In this document: positions 24,617-35,832 of the stretch, one piece after another
Numbering within the stretch: position 1 is the stretch's first letter
Layout: each line of letters starts with the position of its first letter
Assembly: GCA_049840735.1 (NCBI GenBank)
Contig: JASGJN010000026.1
Location: forward strand, 256,001 to 320,000
DNA: 64,000 nucleotides
From: Anaeromyxobacter sp.
GTDB taxonomy: Bacteria > Myxococcota > Myxococcia > Myxococcales > Anaeromyxobacteraceae
Direction: 5' to 3'
The notes under the pieces: model-generated
The model's input: the letters and a program-made list of their open reading frames with translations, nothing else
Databases searched by the model: none
Told to the model about the DNA's origin: nothing
Made by a program: the position numbers and the translations under genes

Positions 24617-24961
24617 ATGTCCGACTGCCTCTTCTGCAAGATCGCCGGCGGCCAGATCCCGGCCAAGCTGGTCCACCAGGACGACGAGCTGGTGGCCTTC
24701 GTGGACATCAACCCGCAGGCGCCCACCCACTTCCTGATCATCCCGCGCAGGCACATCCCCACGCTCAACGACCTCGGCCCGGCGGACGACGCGCTGGTCG
24801 GGAAGATGCACCGGCTGGCGGCGAAGCTGGCCGGCGAGCGCGGGCACGCCGAGAGCGGCTTCCGCGTGGTGATGAACGCGAACCGCGACGCCGGGCAGAC
24901 CGTCTTCCACATCCACCTGCACCTGCTGGGCGGGCGGCAGATGGGGTGGCCGCCGGGCTAG
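24617..24961 (+). CDS. histidine triad nucleotide-binding protein (HinT-like)
   Basis: DCLFCKI, DINPQAPTH, GQTVFHIHLHLLGGR, WPPG. Confidence 0.95.
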   Translation: MSDCLFCKIAGGQIPAKLVHQDDELVAFVDINPQAPTHFLIIPRRHIPTLNDLGPADDALVGKMHRLAAKLAGERGHAESGFRVVMNANRDAGQTVFHIHLHLLGGRQMGWPPG

Positions 24962-25082
24962 GCCCCGCGACGGGGCGCAACGGGCGTTGGCCCCCGTGGT
25001 GGCCGCGCCCGCGTCCCCGCCGGACGCTAGGCGCCTCCTCGAACCCGTTCCAGGCGCGCCCGGCGCGCCGCGAGGAGGTCGC

Positions 25083-25622
25083 ATGGCTGCCACCCGTCCC
25101 ATCCCCGAGGGCATGCACACCGTCACGCCCAACCTGGTCGTGCGCGACGCGGCCAGGGCCATCGACTTCTACAAGCAGGCCTTCGGCGCCGCCGAGCTCT
25201 CGCGGTTCATGTCGCCGGACGGGAAGAGCGTCTGGCACGCCGAGCTGCGCATCGGCGACTCGACCGTCTTCCTCAACGACGAGATGCCGGGCATGGGCCG
25301 CCCGGCCCCGACCGCCGACAGCCCGGCCCCCATCACCATGTGGCTGTACGTGAAGGACTGCGACGGGGCCTACGAGAAGGCGCTCTCCGCCGGCGCGCGC
25401 TCCACCATGGAGCCGGCCGACATGTTCTGGGGCGACCGCTGCTCGGGCGTGGCCGATCCCTTCGGCTACCAGTGGTCCTTCGCCACCCACCAGAAGGACC
25501 TGACCGACGAGGAGATGCGCCGCGCCGGCGAGGCCTGGGCGCGGGAGGCGGGCATGGCGCAGGGCGGCGCCGGGCAGGGCGCCGCCAGCTCGTCGGACTT
25601 CAGCTCGCGGCCGGGGGTGTAG
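25083..25622 (+). CDS. VOC/glyoxalase (PhnB-like) family protein
   Basis: TVTPNL, AIDFYKQAFGA, HAELRIGDS, DMFWGDR, DPFGYQW. Confidence 0.92.
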   Translation: MAATRPIPEGMHTVTPNLVVRDAARAIDFYKQAFGAAELSRFMSPDGKSVWHAELRIGDSTVFLNDEMPGMGRPAPTADSPAPITMWLYVKDCDGAYEKALSAGARSTMEPADMFWGDRCSGVADPFGYQWSFATHQKDLTDEEMRRAGEAWAREAGMAQGGAGQGAASSSDFSSRPGV

Positions 25623-25938
25623 GCAGCCGTCGAAGCGCGGGCAGGAAGGACCCCGCCTTCGGTGAGGCCCGCCGCTCCCGCGCCAGGGCCCCCAGCAGCT
25701 TCGCCTCGGCGCAGCCCTGGCAGGCCCGCTGCAGCCGCTTCACCGCCGCGTCGGCGTCGTCCAGCCGCCCCTCCTCCAGCGCCAGGCTGGCGATCACCAC
25801 CAGTGACGGCGCGTCCGCTGCGCCCTGCAGCGCGCGGGCTGGGGCCGGACCCCCGCGCAGCAGGGCCAGCGCCGCGTCGCGGGGGCCATCGGCGGGGGAG
25901 GCGAGCAGGGCGGTGGCCAGCAAGGCCGCGAGGGACAT
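25600..25938 (-). CDS. small exported helical (TPR-like) hypothetical protein
   Basis: MSLAALLATALLA signal-like start; ALEEGRLDDADAAV helix. Confidence 0.4.
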   Translation of the reverse strand: MSLAALLATALLASPADGPRDAALALLRGGPAPARALQGAADAPSLVVIASLALEEGRLDDADAAVKRLQRACQGCAEAKLLGALARERRASPKAGSFLPALRRLPTPPAAS

Positions 25939-26006
25939 GCACGCAGCGTAGCAGGCAGGGGCCGGGGCGCGGATTCGAGTGGGGCTGGCCGCGCTGCTTC
26001 TCGACA

Positions 26007-26056
26007 CCGTTCGGGCTGAGCGTAGCGAGCCCGCAGGGCTCGCGGAGTCGAAGCCC
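26007..26056 (+). repeat. long-type REP-like palindrome
   Basis: Identical to the copy at 10635. Confidence 0.85.
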
Positions 26057-26072
26057 AGGGCTGGATCGGCGG

Positions 26073-26906
26073 TCAGTACCCGCTGCCCGTGCCCGCCGTC
26101 GACTGCCCGGCCTCCCCCGCCGCCCCCTCCCGCGCCAGCCCGTTGGCGTCCCCCGCCGAGCGCGCCGCGCGCCCCAGCGCCAGCCGCGCCGCGTACAGGT
26201 CCCCGCGCGCCAGCGCCTCGCGCGCCGCCGCGATGGCCTCCGCGGCCACCCCGGACTGCTGCGCCTCGCGCTCGGCGCCACGCGCCGCCGCCTCCTGCTG
26301 CGCGCCGGCCAGCGCCTGGGCCTGCTGCGCCAGCGCCGCGTCCAGCCCGCTCGCGTCGCCGCTCGAGAGCGACTGCAGCGCCCCGTCCATCTGTCCCAGC
26401 GCCTGGCCGGTGGCGTCCGCCCGCTCGGACGTCGAGCGCGCGGCCTCGGCCTGCTGCTGCGCCCGCTCCTCCGAGAGCTGCTGCTGCAGCGCGTCGGCCC
26501 GGGCCTTCTCCTCCGCCTGCGACGCCCGCAGCGACTCCACCTCCGCCCGCAGGCTGGCCACCTCGCCCGCCAGCCGGGTGCGCTCGCCGGCGTCCTTCAC
26601 GGCCGCTGCCCGATCCTCGGCCCACTGCTGCTCCAGCGTGCGCTCGGCCGCCGGCGCGGCACCGGCGGTGCCGCTGCTGGCGACCTGTGTGCTCTCGGTG
26701 CCCTGCGGTCGCGTCGCTGCCTGGCCGGTTGGCTGGGCGTCGGCCGGCTCCCCGGACCCCTGGGGCGGCGCCTCCTGCGGCGAGTCCTTGCGCGGCCCCA
26801 GCTCGATCACATGGACCGGCCCGCTCGCCGCGCGGTCCGGCTTCTCGCCGCGCCCCGCCGCGGGCAGCCCGAGGACCAGCGCGGCCAGCATGACCCGTGT
26901 CCGCAT
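26073..26906 (-). CDS. exported Ala/Gln/Glu-rich coiled-coil hypothetical protein
   Basis: Signal-like N-terminus; heptad-like central region. Confidence 0.65.
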   Translation of the reverse strand: MRTRVMLAALVLGLPAAGRGEKPDRAASGPVHVIELGPRKDSPQEAPPQGSGEPADAQPTGQAATRPQGTESTQVASSGTAGAAPAAERTLEQQWAEDRAAAVKDAGERTRLAGEVASLRAEVESLRASQAEEKARADALQQQLSEERAQQQAEAARSTSERADATGQALGQMDGALQSLSSGDASGLDAALAQQAQALAGAQQEAAARGAEREAQQSGVAAEAIAAAREALARGDLYAARLALGRAARSAGDANGLAREGAAGEAGQSTAGTGSGY

Positions 26907-27024
26907 GCGCCCACGTTCCGTCCGCCCAGCGATCCCCGCAAGCGGTGCAGCCGCCCAAGCAGGCGCCCCCGCACGCGACGACAAGGTCGTTCCCCCCGCC
27001 GCGCCGCTCTGGCAGGCTCCGCGC

Positions 27025-27897
27025 ATGACGCCCGTCCGCCCCCGCCGCAGCGCGCTCTACGTCCCCGGCGCCAACGCCCGCGCCCTCGAGAAGGCCCGCG
27101 GCCTGGCCGCCGACGTGCTGCTGCTCGACCTGGAGGACGCGGTCGCCCCCTCGGCCAAGGAGACGGCCCGCGCCCAGGTGGTCGCCGCGCTGGCGGCCGG
27201 CGGGTTCGGCAGGCGGGAGAAGGTGGTCCGCGTCAACGGCCTCGACACGCCCTGGGGCGCTGCCGACCTCGAGGCGCTGGCCCGCGCCGGCGCCGACGCC
27301 ATCTGCCTGCCCAAGGTCGAGTCGCCCGAGGCCGTCATCGCCGCCTCCGAGGCGCTCCACCGCGGCGGCGCCCCGGACGCGCTGCCGCTCTGGTGCATGA
27401 TCGAGACGCCGCGCGGCGTGCTGGCGGTGGCGCAGATCGCCGCCGCCCACCGCCGGCTGGGCTGCCTGGTGGCCGGCACCAGCGACCTGGTGAAGGACCT
27501 GCGCGCGCGCCACACCGCCGACCGCGCCTCGGTCCTGCCCAGCCTGGGCCTGATGCTGCTGGCCGCGCGCGCCAACGGGCTGGCCGCGCTGGACGGCGTG
27601 CACCTGGGGCTGACCGACGCCGAGGGCTACGAGACCTCCTGCCGGCAAGGGCGCGACCTGGGCTTCGACGGCAAGACCTGCATCCACCCCTCGCAGCTGG
27701 AGCCGGCCAACCGGATCTTCGCGCCGGACGCGGCCGAGCTGGAGGAGGCCCGCAAGATCATCGCCGCCCACGCCGAGGCGGAGGCCCAGGGGACCGGCGT
27801 CACCGTGGTGGACGGCCGGCTGGTCGAGGCGCTCCACGTGGAGGCCGCCCGGGCCCGGGTGGCGCTGGCCGAGGCCATCGCGGCCGCGGGGGCGTGA
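27025..27897 (+). CDS. CitE-like CoA-ester lyase (citrate lyase beta / malyl-CoA lyase family)
   Basis: RPRRSALYVPG, DLEDAV, VRVN, LPKVE, MIETP, GFDGKTCIHPSQ. Confidence 0.93.
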   Translation: MTPVRPRRSALYVPGANARALEKARGLAADVLLLDLEDAVAPSAKETARAQVVAALAAGGFGRREKVVRVNGLDTPWGAADLEALARAGADAICLPKVESPEAVIAASEALHRGGAPDALPLWCMIETPRGVLAVAQIAAAHRRLGCLVAGTSDLVKDLRARHTADRASVLPSLGLMLLAARANGLAALDGVHLGLTDAEGYETSCRQGRDLGFDGKTCIHPSQLEPANRIFAPDAAELEEARKIIAAHAEAEAQGTGVTVVDGRLVEALHVEAARARVALAEAIAAAGA

Positions 27898-27928
27898 TTG
27901 CGACGGCAGGGCTGGCCGGCGCGTCAAC

Positions 27929-27980
27929 CCGTTCGCCCTGAGCGTAGCCGCCGCCCCGGGCGGCGGCGGAGTCGAAGGGC
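27929..27980 (+). repeat. long-type REP-like palindrome
   Basis: Matches the family consensus. Confidence 0.85.
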
Positions 27981-28076
27981 AGGGGACGAACTGACGCGGG
28001 GGCCCCCTCCCGAGGCGCGAAGGGCCTCCCCGGCGTGGACACCTCAGGGCCGGTCCCGTACACTCGGCGGTCCATC

Positions 28077-28430
28077 ATGCGCGGCATCCGAGGTGCGACG
28101 CAGGTCTCTGCCAACACCGTCCAGGCGATCGAGGACGCGGTGGTCGAGATGTGTCGCGAGATCACGAAGCGGAACCAGATCACGGCCGACCAGATCGTCT
28201 GGGCCATCTTCACGGTCACCCACGATCTCGACGCCGACTTCCCGGCCCGCGCGGCGCGGGTCCAGGGCTGGAACCACGTCCCCATGATCTGCTCGCAGGA
28301 GATCCCGGTCCCCGGGTCGCTCCCGCGGACGGTCCGGGTGCTGCTGCACGTGGACAGCGACGGGCCGCGCAACCACGTGTACCTGCGCGGCGCCGAGGCG
28401 CTGCGCCCCGACCTGCACAAGAAGCCCTGA
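28077..28430 (+). CDS. aroH: AroH-type chorismate mutase
   Basis: [35 protein letters not shown]. Confidence 0.93.
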   Translation: MRGIRGATQVSANTVQAIEDAVVEMCREITKRNQITADQIVWAIFTVTHDLDADFPARAARVQGWNHVPMICSQEIPVPGSLPRTVRVLLHVDSDGPRNHVYLRGAEALRPDLHKKP

Positions 28431-28433
28431 GCC

Positions 28434-29354
28434 ATGAGCGCGCGCCGGACGGACCAGGAGGTCCTTGGGACCCTCGCCCGGGCCCGGGCGGAGACGGCGA
28501 CGCAGCCGACCCCCGCCAGCGCGCCCTGCCCGTACCCGCTGGCCTCGCGCGAGGCCCGGCCTGCCGGGTCGGTGGTCAACGTGGGCAGCGGCCCGGCCGC
28601 GGTGCCGTTCGGCGGCGCGCTGGTGCCGGTGATCGCCGGCCCGTGCGCGGTGGAGGGCTGGGAGGGGCTGGAGCAGGCCGCGCTGGCCGCCAGGGCCGCC
28701 GGCGCCCGGATGCTGCGCGGCGGCGCCTTCAAGCCCCGCACCTCGCCCTACGCGTTCCAGGGGCTGGGCGAGGCCGCGCTGCGGCTGCTGGCCCGCGCCC
28801 GCGAGCGGACCGGCCTGCCGGTGGTGACCGAGGTGATGTCGCCGGAGCAGGTGCCGCTGGTGGCCGAGTTCGCCGACCTGCTGCAGATCGGCGCCCGCAA
28901 CATGCAGAACTACGACCTCTTGCGCGCCGTCGGGAAGGTGCGCCGGCCGGTGCTGCTCAAGCGCGGCCTCTCCGCCACCGTCGAGGAGCTGCTGCTGGCG
29001 GCGGAGTACGTGCTGGCCTCCGGCAACGACCAGGTCATCCTCTGCGAGCGCGGCATCCGCACCTTCGAGCGGGCCACCCGCAACACGCTCGACCTCTCGG
29101 CGGTGGCGCTGCTCCGGCAGCTCACGCACCTGCCGGTGATCGTCGATCCCTCGCACGGCACCGGCGTCCGCTCGCTGGTGGCGCCCATGGCGCTGGCGGC
29201 GGTGGCGGCCGGCGCGGACGGGCTCCTGCTGGAGGCCCACCCGGCGCCCGACCGCGCGCTCTCCGACGGCGCCCAGTCGCTGCCGCTGGAGGAGCTGCCG
29301 CCGCTCCTGGCGCGGCTGCGGGCGGTGGCGCTGGCCGTCGGGCGGGCGGTGTAG
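28434..29354 (+). CDS. aroF: DAHP synthase, class I-beta
   Basis: [45 protein letters not shown]. Confidence 0.95.
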   Translation: MSARRTDQEVLGTLARARAETATQPTPASAPCPYPLASREARPAGSVVNVGSGPAAVPFGGALVPVIAGPCAVEGWEGLEQAALAARAAGARMLRGGAFKPRTSPYAFQGLGEAALRLLARARERTGLPVVTEVMSPEQVPLVAEFADLLQIGARNMQNYDLLRAVGKVRRPVLLKRGLSATVEELLLAAEYVLASGNDQVILCERGIRTFERATRNTLDLSAVALLRQLTHLPVIVDPSHGTGVRSLVAPMALAAVAAGADGLLLEAHPAPDRALSDGAQSLPLEELPPLLARLRAVALAVGRAV

Positions 29355-29357
29355 CCC

Positions 29358-30197
29358 GTGGGCGCGCTCCCCGGAACCCTGGGCGTGGTCGGGCTGGGCC
29401 TGATGGGCGCCACCCTGGCGCGCAACGTGCGCCGCGTCGATCCCTCGGTCCGCATCGTGGCGGTGGAGCCGCGCGAGGAGGTCCGCGCGCAGGCGCTGGC
29501 CGACGGCGTGGTGGACGCGGCCCTGGCCGCCCCCGGCCCGGCGCTGGCCGGCTGCCGCCTCTGCGTGCTGTGCACGCCGGTGGCCACCATCGAGGCGCTG
29601 CTGGGGCCGGTCTCGCGGCTCTTGCCGGACGGCGCGGTGCTCACCGACGTGGGCGGCGCCAAGGAGCGGGTGCTCTCGCTGGCGAGCGACCTGGTCCGCC
29701 CGGGCGTGATCTTCGTGGGCGCCCACCCCATGTTCGGCGGCCACGGCGGCTACGCCGGCGCCACCGCCGACAAGTGGATCGGCGGCCGGGTGGCGGTCTG
29801 CACCGACGGGCCGGCCGAGGCGGTGGAGCAGGTGGCCGCGCTGCACGCCGCGCTGGGCGGGCAGGTGGAGCGCTGCACCGCCGCCGAGCACGACGCGGCG
29901 GTGGCCATGGTCTCGCACCTGCCCTACCTGGTGGCCTCGGCGCTGGCCAGCGCCGCCCGCGAGGCCGGCCCGCTGGCCATGAAGCTGGCCGGTCCGGGCC
30001 TCAAGGACATGACCCGCCTGGCCGCCTTCCCCTTCGACATCCAGGGCGAGGTGGCGCGGCGCAACGCCTACATTCCGGAGGCGGCGGAGCGGATGAAGCG
30101 CCACCTCGAGACCATCCTCGGCGCCGTCACCTCGTCGCCGGAGGCCGCGCGCGCCGCGCTGGAGGCGGCCCGCGCCGCACGGGAGGAGCTGTTTTGA
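29358..30197 (+). CDS. tyrA: prephenate/arogenate dehydrogenase
   Basis: [36 protein letters not shown]. Confidence 0.93.
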   Translation: MGALPGTLGVVGLGLMGATLARNVRRVDPSVRIVAVEPREEVRAQALADGVVDAALAAPGPALAGCRLCVLCTPVATIEALLGPVSRLLPDGAVLTDVGGAKERVLSLASDLVRPGVIFVGAHPMFGGHGGYAGATADKWIGGRVAVCTDGPAEAVEQVAALHAALGGQVERCTAAEHDAAVAMVSHLPYLVASALASAAREAGPLAMKLAGPGLKDMTRLAAFPFDIQGEVARRNAYIPEAAERMKRHLETILGAVTSSPEAARAALEAARAAREELF

Positions 30198-31500
30198 AGG
30201 GACCCATGATCTGCCGCCGCCCCACGGGCGCGCCGCTCCGCGGCGCCGTGACGGTGCCGGGTGACAAGTCCGTCTCGCACCGCAGCCTGCTCTTCGGGGC
30301 GCTGGCCGAGGGCGAGACCCGCGTCACCGGCATCCTGGAGGCGGAGGACGTCCGCTCCACCCGCCGCGCCGTCGAGGCGCTGGGGGCGGTGGTGCGCGAC
30401 GAGGGGAACGAGGTGGTGGTCACGCCGCCGGCCGAGGGGCTGCGCGAGCCGGGCGACGTGATTGACTGCGGCAACTCAGGCACCAGCCTGCGGCTGCTGG
30501 CCGGCGTGCTCTCCGGCGTGCCCGGCCTGGCGGTGCTGACCGGCGACGCCTCGCTGCGCCGCCGCCCGGTGCGCCGGGTGATCGAGCCGCTGCGGCGCAT
30601 GGGGGCCACGCTCTCCGCCCGCGACGGCGACCGGCTCCCGCCGCTGGTGATCCGCGGCGGCGCGCTGGTGGGCGCGCGCCACGTGATGGAGGTGGCCAGC
30701 GCCCAGGTGAAGAGCGCCATCCTGCTGGCCGGCCTGCGCGCCGAGGGCGAGACCACGGTGGTCGAGCCGGAGCGCTCGCGCGACCACACCGAGCGGATGC
30801 TCACCGGCATGGGCGTGCCGGTGCGGGTGGACGGGCTCAGCGTCACCGTGGCCCCGTCGCGCCTGCGGGGCACGCGGGTGGACGTGCCGGGCGACATCTC
30901 CTCGGCGGCCTTCTTCCTCTGCGCGGCCGCCGGCCTGCCCGGCTCCGAGGTCACCGTCCGCAACATGGGCGTGAACGAGACCCGCACCGGCCTGCTGGAC
31001 GTGCTGGCGGCCATGGGCGCGAGGCCGATGCTCACGAACCTGCGCGAGATCTGCCGGCGAGCCACGGGCCGACGTGACGGTGAAGAGCGCGGACCTGGTG
31101 GCCACCGAGATTCGGCGGGCCGCTCATCCCGCGGCTCATCGACGAGCTGCCGGTGCTGATGGTGCTGGCCACGCAGGCCCGCGGCCGGACCCTGATCCGC
31201 GACGCCCGCGAGCTGCGGGTGAAGGAGTCCGACCGGCTGGCCGCCATGGGCGAGACCCTGGCCGCGGCCGGCGCGAGGATCGAGCTCTTCGAGGACGGCT
31301 GCGCCATCGAGGGGCCCACCCGGCTGCGCGGCGTCTCCGTGAAGACCCGGCTCGACCACCGCATCGCCATGTCCATGGCGGTGGCGCAGCTGTTCACCGC
31401 GCGTGACGAGGTGGTGCTGGACGACGTGGCCTGCGTGGCCACCTCCTTCCCTGGCTTCTTCGAGCTGCTCGACCGGCTGGCCGCGGAGGGCGCGCGTTGA
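30194..31500 (+). CDS. aroA: EPSP synthase (two apparent +1 frameshifts near 31054 and 31111)
   Basis: [32 protein letters not shown], then IDELP, RVKESDR and DHRIAMS in shifted frames. Confidence 0.96.
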
Positions 31501-32333
31501 TCACCGGCCACACCGCGCTCTACGGGCTGCTCGGCCACCCCGTCTCCCACACCCGCTCGCCGGAGATGCAGAACACGGCCTTCGCGCTGCGGGGGGTGGA
31601 CGCGGTGTACCTGGCCCTGCCGGTGGCGCCGGAGCAGCTCGCGGAGGCGGTGCGCGGCGCGCACGCGCTCGGCTTCCAGGGGCTCAACGTGACCGTGCCG
31701 CACAAGCAGCCGGCGGCCGGGCTGTGCCAGGCGCTGGACGAGGTGGCGCGCGAGGTGGGCGCGGTCAACACGCTGCGCCGCACCGCCGCCGGCTGGGAAG
31801 GCTTCAACACCGACGCGCTGGCCGCCCGCACGCTGCTGGCGGCGGCGGGCGTCGGCCCGGGCCGGAAGGCCCTGCTGCTGGGCGCCGGCGGCGCCGCGCG
31901 GGCCGCGGCCTGGGCGCTGGTGCGGCTGGGCGCGGAGCTGCGCATCGCCGCCCGCCGCCCCGAGGCCGCCGACGAGCTCTGCGCCGCCATGGCGCCGTAC
32001 GCCGCCGGCCCGGCGCCGCGCCCGGCCCCGTGGAGCGCGCTGGGCGCGCTGGCCCCGGCCTCCGACGTGGTCGTCAACGGGACCTCCATCGGCCTGCACG
32101 GCCACCCCCCCCGCGTCGAGGCGCTGGCCTTCCGCCGCGGGCAGCTGGCGGTGGACTGGGTCTACGGCACCACCGCGTTCGCGCAGGCGGCCAGCGAGGC
32201 CGGCGCGCGCGTGATCCGCGGAGAGGACCTGCTGGTGCGCCAGGGCGCGCTGGCCTTCAACCTCTGGACGGGGCGCGAGCCGCCGGAGGCCGAGATGGCC
32301 GCCGCCATCGCCCGCCCCCAGGGAGCACACTGA
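31497..32333 (+). CDS. aroE: shikimate dehydrogenase
   Basis: [33 protein letters not shown]. Confidence 0.95.
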   Translation: MITGHTALYGLLGHPVSHTRSPEMQNTAFALRGVDAVYLALPVAPEQLAEAVRGAHALGFQGLNVTVPHKQPAAGLCQALDEVAREVGAVNTLRRTAAGWEGFNTDALAARTLLAAAGVGPGRKALLLGAGGAARAAAWALVRLGAELRIAARRPEAADELCAAMAPYAAGPAPRPAPWSALGALAPASDVVVNGTSIGLHGHPPRVEALAFRRGQLAVDWVYGTTAFAQAASEAGARVIRGEDLLVRQGALAFNLWTGREPPEAEMAAAIARPQGAH

Positions 32334-32334
32334 G

Positions 32335-33480
32335 ATGAGCCTCCGCTACCTCACCGCCGGCGAGTCGCACGGCCCGGGCCTGGTCGCCATCGCCGAGGGG
32401 TTCCCGGCCGGGCTGACCGTCGACTTCGAGGCGGTGGACCGCGACCTGCGCCGCCGCCAGCGGGGCTACGGCCGCGGCGGCCGCATGAAGATCGAGACCG
32501 ACTCGGCGCAGTTCCTGGCCGGCATCCGCGGCGGCACCACCACCGGCGCGCCCATCGCGCTGGTGGTCTGGAACAAGGACCACGAGAACTGGAAGGAGCT
32601 GGTCAGCCCCTACGCCCGCGGCGGCCGCAAGTTCACGCAGGTCCGCCCCGGCCACGCCGACCTGGCCGGCTCGCTCAAGTACGACCTGGACGACGCCCGC
32701 GACGTGCTGGAGCGGGCCAGCGCCCGCAACACCGCCAGCATCGTGGCGCTGGGCGCGCTGGCCAAGGCGCTGCTCTCGCGGCTCGGCGTCCAGGTCTGCT
32801 CCCGGGTGGTGGCCATCGGGCCCCGCGCGCAGGCCTTCGCCGAGGTCCCCACCGCCGAGCAGCGGGCGGCCATCGAGGCCTCCGACCTGGGCGTGGAGGA
32901 CGAGGCGCTGGCGGCCGAGTGGCGCGCGCTGATCGACGCCGAGAAGGCGCGCGGCGGCGCCATCGGCGGCGCGTTCGAGATTTACGCCACCGGGCTGCCG
33001 GTCGGCGTCGGCAGCCACGTCCACCCGGACCGCCGGCTGGACGCGCGGCTGGCCGGGGCGCTGTGCGGGATCCAGGCCATCCGCGCCGCCGAGATTGGGG
33101 CCGGCACCGAGGTGCACCGGCCCGGCCCGGAGTTCCAGGACGCCATCCAGGCGACCGGCGACCGGCAGTTCACCCGCGCCACCAACCGGGCCGGCGGCCT
33201 GGAGGGTGGGATGACCGACGGCATGCCGCTGCGGGTGAAGGGCTACATGAAGCCCATCCCCACCATGATGCAGCCGCTCCCCTCCATCGACCTCGCCACC
33301 CGCGAGGCGGTGCAGGCCAAGTACGAGCGCAGCGACGTCTGCGCCGTGCCCGCCGCCGCGGTGGTGGGCGAGGCGGTGGTGGCCTGGGAGCTGGCCAGCG
33401 CGCTGCTGGAGAAGTTCGGCGGCGACGCCGTGGTGGACATCGAGCGGGCCCTGGAGGCCTATGCCGCTCGCATCAAGTGA
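32335..33480 (+). CDS. aroC: chorismate synthase
   Basis: [47 protein letters not shown]. Confidence 0.97.
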   Translation: MSLRYLTAGESHGPGLVAIAEGFPAGLTVDFEAVDRDLRRRQRGYGRGGRMKIETDSAQFLAGIRGGTTTGAPIALVVWNKDHENWKELVSPYARGGRKFTQVRPGHADLAGSLKYDLDDARDVLERASARNTASIVALGALAKALLSRLGVQVCSRVVAIGPRAQAFAEVPTAEQRAAIEASDLGVEDEALAAEWRALIDAEKARGGAIGGAFEIYATGLPVGVGSHVHPDRRLDARLAGALCGIQAIRAAEIGAGTEVHRPGPEFQDAIQATGDRQFTRATNRAGGLEGGMTDGMPLRVKGYMKPIPTMMQPLPSIDLATREAVQAKYERSDVCAVPAAAVVGEAVVAWELASALLEKFGGDAVVDIERALEAYAARIK

Positions 33481-33949
33481 GCTGCTGGCCGTGACCGGCA
33501 TGATGGGGTCGGGCAAGACCAGCACCACCCGCGTGCTGGCGCGCCTGCTCCACCGGCCGGTGATCGACCTCGACGACGAGATTGCCCGCACCGCCGGCAA
33601 GCCCATCCCGGCCATCTTCGAGCAGGACGGCGAGCCCGCCTTCCGCGCCCTGGAGCGGGCCGCGGTGGCCGCGCTGCCCCGGACCTGCATCGCCGACCTG
33701 GGCGGCGGCGCCTTCTGCGATCCGGCGAGCGCCGCGCTGCTGCTGGCCGCCGGCAAGGTGGTCTTCCTGGACGTCTCGCCCGAGGAGGCCGAGCGGCGCA
33801 TCGGCAAGGGCAAGGGGCGCCCCCTGGCGGCGCGCTGGGCCGAGCTGCGCCAGCAGCGCCTGCCGCTCTACCGCCGCGCCCACGTCACCATCGAGGTCGA
33901 CGGCCTCTCCCCCGAGGCCGTCGCCCGCCGCATCCTGGAGGTCCTGTGA
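33461..33949 (+). CDS. aroK: shikimate kinase
   Basis: [26 protein letters not shown]. Confidence 0.93.
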   Translation: MPLASSELLAVTGMMGSGKTSTTRVLARLLHRPVIDLDDEIARTAGKPIPAIFEQDGEPAFRALERAAVAALPRTCIADLGGGAFCDPASAALLLAAGKVVFLDVSPEEAERRIGKGKGRPLAARWAELRQQRLPLYRRAHVTIEVDGLSPEAVARRILEVL

Positions 33950-35286
33950 GCCCTCGCGCCTCGAAGAAGCCCGTGATCCGCCCCGCCCCCGGCGTGCTGG
34001 GGACCGCCGGGCGCAAGAAGGCCGGTCGCGGCAAGGTCGCCGCCACGAAACCTGCTCGCGCCGCCACGAAGGCCGCGGGCGGTGCAACGCACTCCGTTCG
34101 CGCTGAGCCTGTCGAAGCGCGAACGGTCGCGCTGGTGGACACGCTGGAGCGCGTGGAGGTCCCCGTCACCCCCGACGTGGTCGAGGTGATCCCCGCCGCG
34201 CAGGGCGACCACGCCTACCCGGTCCGCGTCGGCCCCGGCGCCATCGACGTGCTGCCCGAGCTCCTGGACGGCGTGGATCGCGTGGTGCTGGTGAGCTGCA
34301 AGCCGGTGCTGGCCACGCCCTTCGGCCAGGCCTTCGCCGGCCGCCTGGAGGGGCAGGCCGGCTTCGCCGGCACCATCGTGCTCCCCGACGGCGAGGCCGG
34401 AAAGACGCTGGCCCAGCTGGAGAAGGCCGCGGTGCAGCTGCTCCAGAGCGGCGCCACGCGGCGCAGCCTGGTGGTGGGGCTGGGCGGCGGCGCGGTGACC
34501 GACGCGGCCGGCTTCCTGGCCGCCACCTTCATGCGCGGCATCCGCTGGGTGGCCGTGCCCACCACGGTCCTGGCCATGGTGGACGCCGCCATCGGCGGCA
34601 AGACCGCGGTCAACCTGCCGGTGGCCAAGAACGCGGTGGGCGCCTTCCACCCGCCCATCGCCGTGCTGGCCGACCCGGACGCGCTGGCCACGCTCCCGCA
34701 GCGCGAGCGGGCCAGCGGCAAGGGCGAGGTCATCAAGTATGGGGCGCTGCAGCCCGGGTTGCTCGACACCTTCGCCAGCGCCTGCGCCCGGCCCACGATC
34801 TCCGCCGCCATCCTGGCCACCTGCGCCCGCATGAAGGTGGACGTGGTGGCCGACGACCCCACCGAGCAGGGCCCTCGCAAGCTCCTCAACCTGGGCCACA
34901 CCTACGGCCACGGCGTGGAGGCGGCCGGCGGCTTCTCCCGCTACACCCACGGCGAGGCGGTCGCGGTGGGGCTGGCCTACGCCTTCCGGCTGGCGCGGCG
35001 GCTGGGCCGGGTGGATGATGCGGCGGTCGAGCGGGTGGAGGCGGCGCTGGTGAAGGCGGGCCTGCCCGTCGCGGTGCCGGAGAAGCTGGCCAGGGCCGCG
35101 CTGGGCCACATGGCCTTCGACAAGAAGCGGACCGCGGCCGGGCTGCGCTGGGTGCTGCCGCGCAGCGAGGGGCGCGGCTGGCGGGTGGAGTGGGACGTGG
35201 AGGCCGACGCGGCGGCGGTGGAGGCCACCGCGGCCGAGGTGGTCTCGAAGGAGCGGCGCCCGGCCGGGCGCGGGAGGCGGTCGTGA
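33946..35286 (+). CDS. aroB: 3-dehydroquinate synthase with N-terminal extension
   Basis: DGEAGKTL, LGGGAVTDAAGF, PTTVLAMVDAAIGGKTAVN, LNLGHTYGH, HGEAV. Confidence 0.96.
   Translation: MSPRASKKPVIRPAPGVLGTAGRKKAGRGKVAATKPARAATKAAGGATHSVRAEPVEARTVALVDTLERVEVPVTPDVVEVIPAAQGDHAYPVRVGPGAIDVLPELLDGVDRVVLVSCKPVLATPFGQAFAGRLEGQAGFAGTIVLPDGEAGKTLAQLEKAAVQLLQSGATRRSLVVGLGGGAVTDAAGFLAATFMRGIRWVAVPTTVLAMVDAAIGGKTAVNLPVAKNAVGAFHPPIAVLADPDALATLPQRERASGKGEVIKYGALQPGLLDTFASACARPTISAAILATCARMKVDVVADDPTEQGPRKLLNLGHTYGHGVEAAGGFSRYTHGEAVAVGLAYAFRLARRLGRVDDAAVERVEAALVKAGLPVAVPEKLARAALGHMAFDKKRTAAGLRWVLPRSEGRGWRVEWDVEADAAAVEATAAEVVSKERRPAGRGRRS
34094..34126 (+). repeat. short-type REP-like palindrome inside aroB
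   Basis: CCGTTCGCGC-TGAGCCTGTCGAA-GCGCGAACGG, perfect 10-bp stem, 33 nt long. Confidence 0.8.
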
Positions 35287-35757
35287 TCCTGTTGTTGAAC
35301 GGACCCAACCTGAACCTGCTGGGCGAGCGCGAGCCGGAGATTCTACGGCTCGACCACGCTGCCGGAGATCGAGAAGCTGGTGAAGGACGCCTGCGCGGCC
35401 TGGGACCTGGAGGTGAAGGCCTTCCAGTCCAACCACGAGGGCGCCCTCATCGACTTCGTGCAGGAGCACCGGAAGGCCGCCCAGGGCGTGATCATCAACC
35501 CCGGCGCCTACACCCACACCAGCGTGGCCATCCACGACTGCCTGAAGGCGCTGCCGGTCCCCACGGTCGAGGTCCACATCTCCAACATCCACGCCCGCGA
35601 GAGCTTCCGGCGCACCAGCGTCATCTCGCCGGCCACCCGCGGCCAGATTGTCGGGCTGGGGATCCGCGGCTACATCCTGGCCGCCGAGTGGCTCTGCGCC
35701 GAGATCGGCGCCGTGCCGCGCGAGGGCGGCGGGCCGCGGCGGCCGTCGGCGGCGTAG
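35283..35757 (+). CDS. aroQ: type II 3-dehydroquinate dehydratase (apparent +1 frameshift near 35341)
   Basis: LNGPNLNLLGEREPEI, then FQSNHEG, INPGAYTHTS and VEVHISNIHARE in the shifted frame. Confidence 0.96.
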
Positions 35758-35832
35758 GGGACGGGCCGAGGCGCGGCGCGCGCCGCGCCCGGATCTGCTC
35801 AGCTGCGGCCACGGCTGCGGTACAAGTGCGGG

